Below, in pieces: positions 1-8,953 of a stretch of DNA of 50,749 nt. Made by a program: the position numbers and the translations under genes. Within the stretch, counting starts at the first letter, position 1. Every line of letters begins with the position of its first letter. The stretch is from assembly GCA_035546035.1 (NCBI GenBank), contig DASZXC010000008.1:71202-121950 (forward strand), read 5' to 3'. The notes beneath the pieces were generated by a model that had not been told where the DNA came from, made no database searches, and worked only from the letters and a program-made list of their open reading frames with translations. Source of the stretch: Minisyncoccota bacterium. GTDB lineage: Bacteria > Patescibacteriota > Minisyncoccia > Phycocordibacterales > UBA6065.

Positions 1-1593
1 CTTCGACGCCATACGGCCCGTCGCGCTTCCCGTCTGGATGAACGTCGAATGGAGCCTCGACGAATCGTCTATGAGCGTCGGTATGGTGTCCAGGTACGTG
101 CCGATCAATTTCGACAGCTCGCGGTATTTCAATATCTCGTCTATGATCGGATGCTCGTCGCGCAGTTTTTCGAGCTCGGACTCCTTGGTCGAAAGCGCGC
201 CGCCGGCCGTCTTCTTTTTCGATTTAAGGCCGAGCTTCACGAAAAGCACTTCGCCTAATTGCTTCGGCGAGCTGATATTGAATTCGGCTTCGGCCATGCG
301 CCAGACGCTCTTTTCTATAGCGCCGAGGTCTTTGCGGTATTGGTTGCCGAGGCTCACCAGGTATTCCTTGTCTATCTTTACGCCCCGCTGCTTCATCTTG
401 TCGAGAACGGGCATGAGCGGTCTTTCGATCTCGTCCCAGACCCTGGTTAGGCCGCGCTTTTCGATCTCGGCTTTGAGCGTTCGATATGCCTCGTCGAAAG
501 ATTTCGCGCCCGTGAATCCCATGATGTCGTCGGGCGTCGGGTCGGTCAGGTTCGAATTGACGAGCCACATCATGACCGCCGCTTCGCGGAAGCGGGCACC
601 TTCGAGAGAAGCGCCTATGGCGTGCGTCGATTTCGTCGCGACTTCGGCCTGGACGGCTCCGCCGCTCGCGTCCTGCCCCAACGCATTCTTCAATCTGATC
701 GCCATCGTCCTGAATTCGAGCTTGGAGAACAATCTTGTCGCCGCATCGATGTCCACCGCCTCGCGCCACGCCTTTTCCGGCAGCTTCCAGTCTATCGGCG
801 CGTCGCGGCGTATGGTCGTGAGCACTTTCGAGAACTCAGCATCCTCCTGCCCCGTTTCGAGGAGCTCGACGATGCGCGGCGTCAGGCCCGCCTCAGTGAA
901 TCTATCTTTATTTTTTCTGAGCGCCTTATATATGTCCTCGATCGCGCCGAACTGCGTGATAAGCGTCGTCGCGGTCTTCTCGCCTATACCTTTGATGCCG
1001 ATGATATTGTCCGACGGATCGCCCCGGAGGCCTTTATAGTCGGGCAAGAGCTCCGGGCCGAATCCGAATCGCTCGCGAACGCCCGCTTCGTCATATATGA
1101 TCGTGTCTTTGATTCCCTTTTTCAGGGTATAGACTCGGACTGCTTCGCCGGAGACGAGCTGGAGCGTATCCATGTCGCCCGATGCGATGACGACCTCGAT
1201 CTTCTGCCCTCCCTTTTTGGACCATTCTTTTTTCGTCTTCTCGACGATGGTGCCCAGGATGTCGTCGGCTTCGAAGCCTTCCTTGTCATATATAGGAATG
1301 GAGAGGGCGTCGAACACCTCGCGGCTCCGTATGATCTGCTGGACCAGGGCTTCGTCGGTTTTGACGCGGCCGGCTTTGTAGTCTTTGTACGCTTCATGGC
1401 GGTGGGTCGGCTTCGGCAGGTCGTATGCCGCGACGATATAGTCTGGCTTCAATTTTTCGACCGCGCTCAAAAGCATGGTGCAAAGGCCGTACAGAGCGCC
1501 CGTAGGCTCCCCTGCGGCCGTCGAAAAATCGGGCAACGCATGGTATGCCCTATGGAGTATGGCGTGAGAATCGAGGAGTACGAGGCGTTTCAC
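1..1593 (-). CDS. polA: DNA polymerase I, first 531 codons (5'-3' exonuclease domain plus start of the polymerase domain); the 3' end runs off the window
   Basis: My own minus-strand translation. A GTG start at 1593 (in-frame TAG immediately upstream) gives VKRLVLLDSHAILHRAYHALP..GEPTGALYG. The frame stays open to nt 1 and ends ..RLHSTFIQTGSATGRMASK, the Pol A family region before motif A. It is absent from the ORF track because there is no stop in the window. The + ORFs 38..1039 and 622..2181 are antisense shadows. Confidence 0.85.
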   Translation of the reverse strand, partial: MKRLVLLDSHAILHRAYHALPDFSTAAGEPTGALYGLCTMLLSAVEKLKPDYIVAAYDLPKPTHRHEAYKDYKAGRVKTDEALVQQIIRSREVFDALSIPIYDKEGFEADDILGTIVEKTKKEWSKKGGQKIEVVIASGDMDTLQLVSGEAVRVYTLKKGIKDTIIYDEAGVRERFGFGPELLPDYKGLRGDPSDNIIGIKGIGEKTATTLITQFGAIEDIYKALRKNKDRFTEAGLTPRIVELLETGQEDAEFSKVLTTIRRDAPIDWKLPEKAWREAVDIDAATRLFSKLEFRTMAIRLKNALGQDASGGAVQAEVATKSTHAIGASLEGARFREAAVMMWLVNSNLTDPTPDDIMGFTGAKSFDEAYRTLKAEIEKRGLTRVWDEIERPLMPVLDKMKQRGVKIDKEYLVSLGNQYRKDLGAIEKSVWRMAEAEFNISSPKQLGEVLFVKLGLKSKKKTAGGALSTKESELEKLRDEHPIIDEILKYRELSKLIGTYLDTIPTLIDDSSRLHSTFIQTGSATGRMASK

Positions 1594-1596
1594 CCC

Positions 1597-2049
1597 CTAA
1601 TTAAACACTATTTCCCTCGTCTTCTCATCTATAAATTTGAACGATATCGTGACGGCGTCTTTGGGCAGGGCCGCGCCTATCTTTTCCGGCCATTCGATGA
1701 GAACGAGGTTGGCCGGGTCCGCGATCGTCTCTTTCCAACCGAGCTTTTCGATTTCAGCCGTTCTTTCCAGGCGATACGCATCTATATGTATGAATCGGCG
1801 GAAATGAGCGTGACCGCTCATGTCGAAGCGTTTTTCTATGACGAATGTCGGACTCGTCACGTCTTCTTCGCGCAGGCCGAGCGCCGCGGCGAAGGCTTTA
1901 GTAAATGTAGTCTTGCCCGAACCGAGGTCGCCCGAAAGTGCGATTACGGTCGCGCCATTGCCTGCAGGCGTCAGCCCCGCCAAAAATTCTTGGGCCATTT
2001 TTCCTGTCCCTTCGACGCTTCGCGAGATCATAGGCGCATCATACGCCAT
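1597..2049 (-). CDS. tsaE: tRNA t6A37 threonylcarbamoyl-transfer ATPase TsaE
   Basis: ORF 1597..2166 contains the P-loop LSGDLGSGKTTFTK, then SPTF and IHIDAYRL. I moved the start to Met40 (2049; Met46 at 2031 is also possible) because the longest ORF would overlap the upstream lipoprotein gene. The stop lies 1 nt from the polA start. Confidence 0.8.
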   Translation of the reverse strand: MAYDAPMISRSVEGTGKMAQEFLAGLTPAGNGATVIALSGDLGSGKTTFTKAFAAALGLREEDVTSPTFVIEKRFDMSGHAHFRRFIHIDAYRLERTAEIEKLGWKETIADPANLVLIEWPEKIGAALPKDAVTISFKFIDEKTREIVFN

Positions 2050-2113
2050 CGCGGGCGTTCGCGCCAAAAACAAAGGCCCGTCTTGCGACGGACCGATGGG
2101 AATAGCCGTAAGG

Positions 2114-2590
2114 CTAGTACGAATACATGTTCTGCGAATAAGCGTATGCGCCGTTCTTGCCGACATTCCAGGCTACGGTGATAGGACCGTAGGACTGGTT
2201 GATGTAGATGGTCTGGCTGTACGGCTTGAGGTTCACCTTGTTGCCGTCCTTGTCCAGACTGTACGCGACCGATCGGAACACGACCGGATGGTTCCGAAAC
2301 GCGCTCGCGGGCGAGAACTCGCGGATCCCTCCGGAGGGAATGCCCTGCCAGACGAGCCGGGATTGTTCGTAGAAGTCCACGAACGTGCCCGGCTCGTTCT
2401 CGTTCGCGATCACGATGGTATCGAGGGATACCGTGAACGAGCCCTTGCCGCCCAAAGGCGACCGGACGACGCCTTCGAAGGCCTTGGCGCCGGAACGGAC
2501 GATGGGAGAGCTTCCCGGCCGGGCCGCGACGCAGCCTGACAGGAATGCCGATGACAGGACGCTGACAAAGAACAGGATGTTGGTTTTCAT
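2114..2590 (-). CDS. hypothetical lipoprotein
   Basis: N-terminus MKTNILFFVSVLSSAFLSGC: signal peptide with a lipobox (LSGC). No recognisable domain. Confidence 0.65.
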   Translation of the reverse strand: MKTNILFFVSVLSSAFLSGCVAARPGSSPIVRSGAKAFEGVVRSPLGGKGSFTVSLDTIVIANENEPGTFVDFYEQSRLVWQGIPSGGIREFSPASAFRNHPVVFRSVAYSLDKDGNKVNLKPYSQTIYINQSYGPITVAWNVGKNGAYAYSQNMYSY

Positions 2591-2705
2591 GGGTACGAAA
2601 AATACGGAATCGAGGTTGTGCTGGCGTTTTCTCTTTCAATTATACCTCTATTTATCGTCATTGTCAATGTATTATACCTGCCCACCCCGCCCTGGCGACC
2701 TGCCG

Positions 2706-2714
2706 TGCTAAAAT
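2706..2714 (+). promoter_or_regulatory. extended -10 element TGCTAAAAT, 7 nt upstream of the pilB ATG (leaderless-type arrangement)
   Basis: TGC TAAAAT at 2706-2714, then ATTCCAC, then ATG at 2722. No Shine-Dalgarno sequence. Confidence 0.35.
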
Positions 2715-2721
2715 ATTCCAC

Positions 2722-4410
<1,689 letters not shown>

Positions 4411-4411
4411 T

Positions 4412-4729
4412 ATGATCAACAACGAATTCAATGTATCGGCGAAAGTGCAGGAATTGGAGCGCGCTCTGGACAAGCTCGCCCTTGATTTTCAGGAAAAAGA
4501 GCGTAAGGTCCAGGAGATAAAGGAAAAGATCGCCGCGGACAAGGCGACGATCAAGGATAAAGAGCAGGAAGAGCGCCGTTTGGAGGGCGAATTGCGCCGC
4601 GCCGAGATAGAACTGATGAACGCCAAGCGCGAGCACGACAGGCATCATGCGGAATTCGAGCGCTTCCAGGAGGATTTCCGCCGCCAGCAGCAGGGAGCGA
4701 AAGGCGCTATAAGGAAGCGGGCGGCGTAG
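4412..4729 (+). CDS. hypothetical coiled-coil protein, translationally coupled to pilB
   Basis: The ATG lies 1 nt after the pilB stop. The protein is 105 aa, rich in K/E/R heptad-like sequence, and is followed directly by a strong terminator. Confidence 0.55.
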   Translation: MINNEFNVSAKVQELERALDKLALDFQEKERKVQEIKEKIAADKATIKDKEQEERRLEGELRRAEIELMNAKREHDRHHAEFERFQEDFRRQQQGAKGAIRKRAA

Positions 4730-4760
4730 GCCGCGGGCGTTCCGCCCGCGGCCTTATTTG
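4729..4760 (+). terminator. intrinsic terminator
   Basis: GGCCGCGGGCG-TTCC-GCCCGCGGCC followed by TTATTTG. Confidence 0.7.
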
Positions 4761-4852
4761 CCTCATTCCCTATCGTGTGCTCCTTTGAAAAAAGAGCATT
4801 GCGCTCCCGAAAGCGAGGAGTACTATGAGCACCAGATCTCCGGAAACGAAGA

Positions 4853-5018
4853 ATTCCAGAACATAAATCTCTAAGCGATGCTTGTGATGTGCATCAAAAG
4901 TTAAGGTGAGGTCGCAGGATGGCCCCAGTAGGAAGACCGGAGTCTAACCAGAACGTCCTCCGATTGACACCTAGTAAACCGTAAAGGTTTAATCGCTTAG
5001 AGATTTATACTCTGGAAT
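4853..5018. ncRNA. candidate structured RNA (6S-like architecture) or miniature inverted-repeat element
   Basis: Arms 4853-4879 and 4992-5018 are reverse complements (25 of 27 bp: 17 contiguous plus 8). They enclose 112 nt containing local hairpins TGATG-TG-CATCA and AAACC-GUAAA-GGUUU, and an internal stem AGGTG/CACCT plus GAGG/CCTC. There is no ORF. Confidence 0.4.
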
Positions 5019-5063
5019 CGATGTTCAGTCTGTCGCCAGGTATCTTAGCATAAAGATTTTCAT

Positions 5064-6104
5064 ATGTCAAGTAGCTCCCCTGCAGCCCACGGAGACGCCA
5101 AAGATAAGGCCTCGAACAAGGCTTCTGACGAGCTTTTTCTCGATACGACCCTTCGTCCCTCTTCCTGGGACGAATATGTAGGCCAAAAGGCCATCAAAGA
5201 CAACCTCAAGGTGCTTTTGCGCGCCGCTTCCGAGCGCAACCACCCCCCGGAGCACATCCTTTTCTACGGCCCGCCCGGCCTAGGCAAGACGACGCTCGCG
5301 CATCTCATCGCCAAAGAGACCGCGTCGCAATTGAAAGCCACGTCCGGCCCGGCCATAGAAAAAGTCGGCGACCTCGCGTCTATACTGACCAATCTCGCCT
5401 CGGGCGACATGCTTTTCATAGACGAGATCCACCGCCTGAACAAAGCGATCGAAGAGGTGCTCTACCCCGCCATGGAATCGGGCTCTTTGGACATCATCAT
5501 CGGCAAAGGCCCTTCGGCGCGAACGATACAGCTCGAATTGCCGCCATTCACTCTAATCGCCGCGACTACGCGGGTGGCTATGCTGTCGTCGCCGCTCCGA
5601 TCGCGCTTTTCAGGCGGCACATTCAGGCTCGAATTCTATACCGACAAAGAGATCCAGCAGATAATCCACCGCTCGGCCAAGCTTCTGGGCATAGACATAG
5701 ACCCCGCATCGTCCGAAAAGATCGCGAAGCGCAGCCGATTCACGCCGCGAACGGCCAATTTCCTCTTGAAGCGCGTCCGCGACTTGGCCCAAGTCGAAAA
5801 AGTGCCTGTTTCGGTCGAAATCGTGGATCGATCGCTCGCCATGTTGGGCATAGACGAACTCGGATTGACGCAAAGCGACCGCGATCTGCTGAAGACTCTG
5901 GTAGACAAGTTCAACGGCGGCCCGGTCGGACTGAATACGTTAGCCGCTTCCCTTTCCGAAGAAGAAGCGACCATCGAAGAGGTGCACGAGCCGTATCTGT
6001 TGCAGCTCGGCCTCATCGAACGAACGCCGCGCGGCCGCAAAGTGACGGAGAAAGGCTACGATCATATGAAAATAGCGCCCGAAAAGAGAGGAAAGCTTTT
6101 GTAA
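5064..6104 (+). CDS. ruvB: Holliday junction branch migration helicase RuvB
   Basis: FYGPPGLGKTTLA Walker A, LFIDEIHRL Walker B, and a typical RuvB C-terminal winged helix. Confidence 0.95.
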   Translation: MSSSSPAAHGDAKDKASNKASDELFLDTTLRPSSWDEYVGQKAIKDNLKVLLRAASERNHPPEHILFYGPPGLGKTTLAHLIAKETASQLKATSGPAIEKVGDLASILTNLASGDMLFIDEIHRLNKAIEEVLYPAMESGSLDIIIGKGPSARTIQLELPPFTLIAATTRVAMLSSPLRSRFSGGTFRLEFYTDKEIQQIIHRSAKLLGIDIDPASSEKIAKRSRFTPRTANFLLKRVRDLAQVEKVPVSVEIVDRSLAMLGIDELGLTQSDRDLLKTLVDKFNGGPVGLNTLAASLSEEEATIEEVHEPYLLQLGLIERTPRGRKVTEKGYDHMKIAPEKRGKLL

Positions 6105-6127
6105 GATAAGATTAATCGAGCAAGCGC

Positions 6128-6655
6128 ATGGCAGGACACAATAAATGGAAGCAGATAAAAGACCGCAAGGCCAAGACCGACGGAGCGAAGTCGAAGCTCT
6201 ATTCGAAATATTCGAAGCTGATCTCGGCAGAGGCGCAGAAAGTTAAGGGCGACAAGAACGCGCCCTCGCTCCGCGCATTGATCGAGCGGGCCAAGACCGA
6301 GAACGTGACGAGCGACGTCATCGAGCGCGCGGTCAAGAAAGCGAACGAACCGGGAGCGGCTCTGGAAGCCATCACTTATGAAGCGTACGGCCCGGGCGGA
6401 TGCGCGCTCATGATCGAAACGCTCACGTCGAACAAGAACAAAGCGGCGCAGGAGGTGAAGCACATCTTGTCGGACAACGGCTTTGCCCTCGCGACCCCCG
6501 GCAGCGCGTCATGGGCATTCAAGCGCGAAGGCGCGAACTGGATCGCGACGACTGCGACGCAATTGGAAGACGCGGATATCGCCGTTCTCGAAAAATTGGT
6601 CGGTGATCTCGAAGGCAACGACGAGGTGCAGGAAGTCTTCACGAACGTCGAATAA
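6128..6655 (+). CDS. yebC: YebC/PmpR-family protein, short form (175 aa)
   Basis: MAGHNKWKQIKDRKA.. N-terminus and YEAYGPGG motif. It is about 60 aa shorter than the usual ~240 aa. Confidence 0.85.
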   Translation: MAGHNKWKQIKDRKAKTDGAKSKLYSKYSKLISAEAQKVKGDKNAPSLRALIERAKTENVTSDVIERAVKKANEPGAALEAITYEAYGPGGCALMIETLTSNKNKAAQEVKHILSDNGFALATPGSASWAFKREGANWIATTATQLEDADIAVLEKLVGDLEGNDEVQEVFTNVE

Positions 6656-6660
6656 CGGAT

Positions 6661-7146
6661 ATGAGGATCCTCGCCATCGATCCCGGATACGAACGCCTCG
6701 GCATCGCCGTCATAGAAAAGAATCCTCGCCAGAAAGAGACGCTCGTCTATTCCGATTGCTTTAAAACGGATAAAAAGCTGCCTCACAATGAGCGCCTCGG
6801 TCTTATCGGCGCCGAAATAGGCCGCATCATCGCAGACTTCGAACCGAAAGCGCTTGCCATAGAGACGCTCTTCTTCAGCACCAACGCCAAAACGGCGATA
6901 GCCGTCGCCGAAGCGCGCGGCGTCATTTTATATGAAGCAGCGAAGCGCGGCCTTGCGGTATACGAATACGGACCGGGACAGATAAAAGCTGCGGTAACAG
7001 GCCACGGCCAGAGCGATAAAGAGCAGATCATCGCCATGATCCCCCGCCTCATCAGGGTCGAAAAGACCATAAGGCATGACGACGAGTACGACGCGATCGC
7101 TGTCGGGCTCACTTGCTTCGCTTGCGAAAGGTTTTCCACAGCCTGA
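6661..7146 (+). CDS. ruvC: crossover junction endodeoxyribonuclease RuvC
   Basis: MRILAIDPGYERLG.. and the C-terminal DDEYDAIAV acidic catalytic residues. Confidence 0.9.
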   Translation: MRILAIDPGYERLGIAVIEKNPRQKETLVYSDCFKTDKKLPHNERLGLIGAEIGRIIADFEPKALAIETLFFSTNAKTAIAVAEARGVILYEAAKRGLAVYEYGPGQIKAAVTGHGQSDKEQIIAMIPRLIRVEKTIRHDDEYDAIAVGLTCFACERFSTA

Positions 7147-7200
7147 CAACTTTTCAAACCAAAACTCATTTGCTACAAATGAGGGGCACTCAAGAAAAAC

Positions 7201-7434
7201 ATGCCAAGAAAGAAGATCCAAAAGGAAGAACCTATCAAAGACGAAGAGGAAAAGGACGAGGTCAAGCTTAAGGACGACGAGAGCGAAGACGATCCAAGCC
7301 CGAAGAAGGTTTCGAGCGATGACGATGAAGAATCCGGGGACGACGTCGAAGATGTCGATGACGGCAGCGAAGACGGAGAGGACGAGGATGATCCGCTCGA
7401 CGACTTCAGAAACGAAGAGGAGGAGAGCTGGTAG
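7201..7434 (+). CDS. hypothetical highly acidic 77-aa protein
   Basis: More than 50 percent D/E (..DDDEESGDDVEDVDDGSEDGEDEDDP..). It ends at a strong terminator. Coding status rests only on ORF length and position. Confidence 0.5.
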   Translation: MPRKKIQKEEPIKDEEEKDEVKLKDDESEDDPSPKKVSSDDDEESGDDVEDVDDGSEDGEDEDDPLDDFRNEEEESW

Positions 7435-7496
7435 ACACCATGAATATAAAAACGCGTCCCGCCAAGCCCCGGGACGCGTTTTTATATTCATGGTGT
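7435..7496. terminator. 27-bp-stem palindromic bidirectional terminator (copy A of the conserved-core hairpin family)
   Basis: ACACCATGAATATAAAAACGCGTCCCG / loop / CGGGACGCGTTTTTATATTCATGGTGT, between the convergent acidic ORF and tyrS. Apical core CCCGCCAAGCCCCGGG. Confidence 0.75.
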
Positions 7497-7499
7497 CTG

Positions 7500-8897
7500 C
7501 TATCTCACCCGTATCTTCAAAAATCTATGCTTTCCGACCTTCAGGTCCATATCGCTTTCTACCTTCTGGTCGAGCGCGACGACAGCCCCCGTCTTCATAT
7601 CCTTAATCGCGGCTTCGGAAATGAGGCGGCGGAAGTCTGATCTCGAAGAGACGATCTTGGCTTCAATAAGCACGTCGCTGATCTTTGCTTCTTTAGCCGC
7701 CCTTACTTCCGGAGCGGCTTCGGGCATGCCTTTCTTTTCAGAGAAAGTCTTGAGGAAAGAATCTCGGGCCTCACGAGCAGCGTCCTTACCATGATAAAGG
7801 TAGACGATCTCCTCTCCCAATCGCAGTTTTAGATCTCTTGGATTGACGTTCTTGTCCGAGAGCTCTTTCTTTACCTCTTCAACCGAAGAAAAGGTGCAGA
7901 GCTCGAAGTAGTCAGAGATGACCGAATCAGGTATGGACATGATCTTCCCGAATATCTCGGAAGGCGCCTCGGAAATGCCGATGTAGTTATTAAGGCTCTT
8001 GCTCATCTTCTCCTTGCCATCTGTGCCCGGAAGGATCTTACAGGTCATGACGGCCTGGGGGGGCTGCCCGTTCGCCTTCATTACGTCTCGGCCCATCATC
8101 ATGTTAAACGTCTGGTCGGTGCCTCCGATCTCAAGGTCGCAGGAATTATATATTCTGTGGATCAAATAAGAATCTATGCCCTGAAATACAGGATAGAGCA
8201 TTTCGTGCATATAAAGCTCTTGATTCTTCTTTATCCGTTCTTGGAACATATCCCTGCTCACAAGTTTGGAGAAAGTTATATGCTTCAAAGTCCACATGAG
8301 GCCGTTTACGGTGAGGATATCGATCGCGCCGCCGGGTCGTTTGAGAGCGGTCTTTTGCATTCTGGTATCTATCAATGCCTTAGTCAGGACGGCGATATCC
8401 GTTACGCGCTCTTCTTCACCAGCACTATTTTTTCGAGTAAGAAATACGTCACTCGCATTGTAAAACCAATCGGAATTCCTGATCCAGGAATATACCTTTG
8501 GATCTAGATTGAGGATTTTACCTACCTGCTGATTATAAGTATCGACATTTTTTTGAATCTCAAGCTGGTCGAGCTCCGGTCGAGTCTGACTCTTACCCGT
8601 CGGATCGCCGATCCTTGCGGTAAAGTCACCTACCACGAATACGACCTTACAACCAAGATCTTGGAATTTCCTTAGTTTTTGAAATACGACGGCATGTCCA
8701 AGATGGATATCCGGTTTTGTCGGATCAATTCCAAACTTGATGATTATCTCTTCTTTATCATCATTCTTTATCTTTTTTGTGAGCTTTTGCCTGAATTTGC
8801 CTTCGGGATCCACAAATTCTCCGACTCCCTTAGTGAAAAGATTGTCTAATTCCTTTAGTTTATCCGTAGTATTCATGTATGGACGTAAAATTATCAT
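7500..8897 (-). CDS. tyrS: tyrosine--tRNA ligase
   Basis: HIGH motif as HLGH, GGTDQ, KMSKS present, and a C-terminal S4-like domain. AGGGA lies 4 nt upstream of the ATG at 8897. Confidence 0.9.
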   Translation of the reverse strand: MIILRPYMNTTDKLKELDNLFTKGVGEFVDPEGKFRQKLTKKIKNDDKEEIIIKFGIDPTKPDIHLGHAVVFQKLRKFQDLGCKVVFVVGDFTARIGDPTGKSQTRPELDQLEIQKNVDTYNQQVGKILNLDPKVYSWIRNSDWFYNASDVFLTRKNSAGEEERVTDIAVLTKALIDTRMQKTALKRPGGAIDILTVNGLMWTLKHITFSKLVSRDMFQERIKKNQELYMHEMLYPVFQGIDSYLIHRIYNSCDLEIGGTDQTFNMMMGRDVMKANGQPPQAVMTCKILPGTDGKEKMSKSLNNYIGISEAPSEIFGKIMSIPDSVISDYFELCTFSSVEEVKKELSDKNVNPRDLKLRLGEEIVYLYHGKDAAREARDSFLKTFSEKKGMPEAAPEVRAAKEAKISDVLIEAKIVSSRSDFRRLISEAAIKDMKTGAVVALDQKVESDMDLKVGKHRFLKIRVR

Positions 8898-8953
8898 AAT
8901 TCCCTAGATTTGTCTTGTAGAGCCATTTTTTTGATGTTATCGTACTACTACCA

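Noticed and set aside
622-2181. Long + strand ORFs (38..1039, 622..2181, 1820..2539) over polA/tsaE.
   Set aside because: They are low-complexity Arg/Ser/Pro-rich antisense shadows of clearly recognisable minus-strand genes.
4853-5018. Retron msr-msd, or MITE, as the interpretation of the 27-bp inverted repeat element.
   Set aside because: There is no reverse transcriptase gene nearby (ruvB follows). I see no clear target-site duplication at the arm ends and no second copy in this window. The MITE possibility remains open and is noted in the finding.
6928-7640. Two ORFs both starting MNIKTRP.. (6928..7491 on the minus strand, 7440..7640 on the + strand).
   Set aside because: The shared N-termini are an artefact of translating the two arms of the 27-bp palindromic terminator at 7435-7496.
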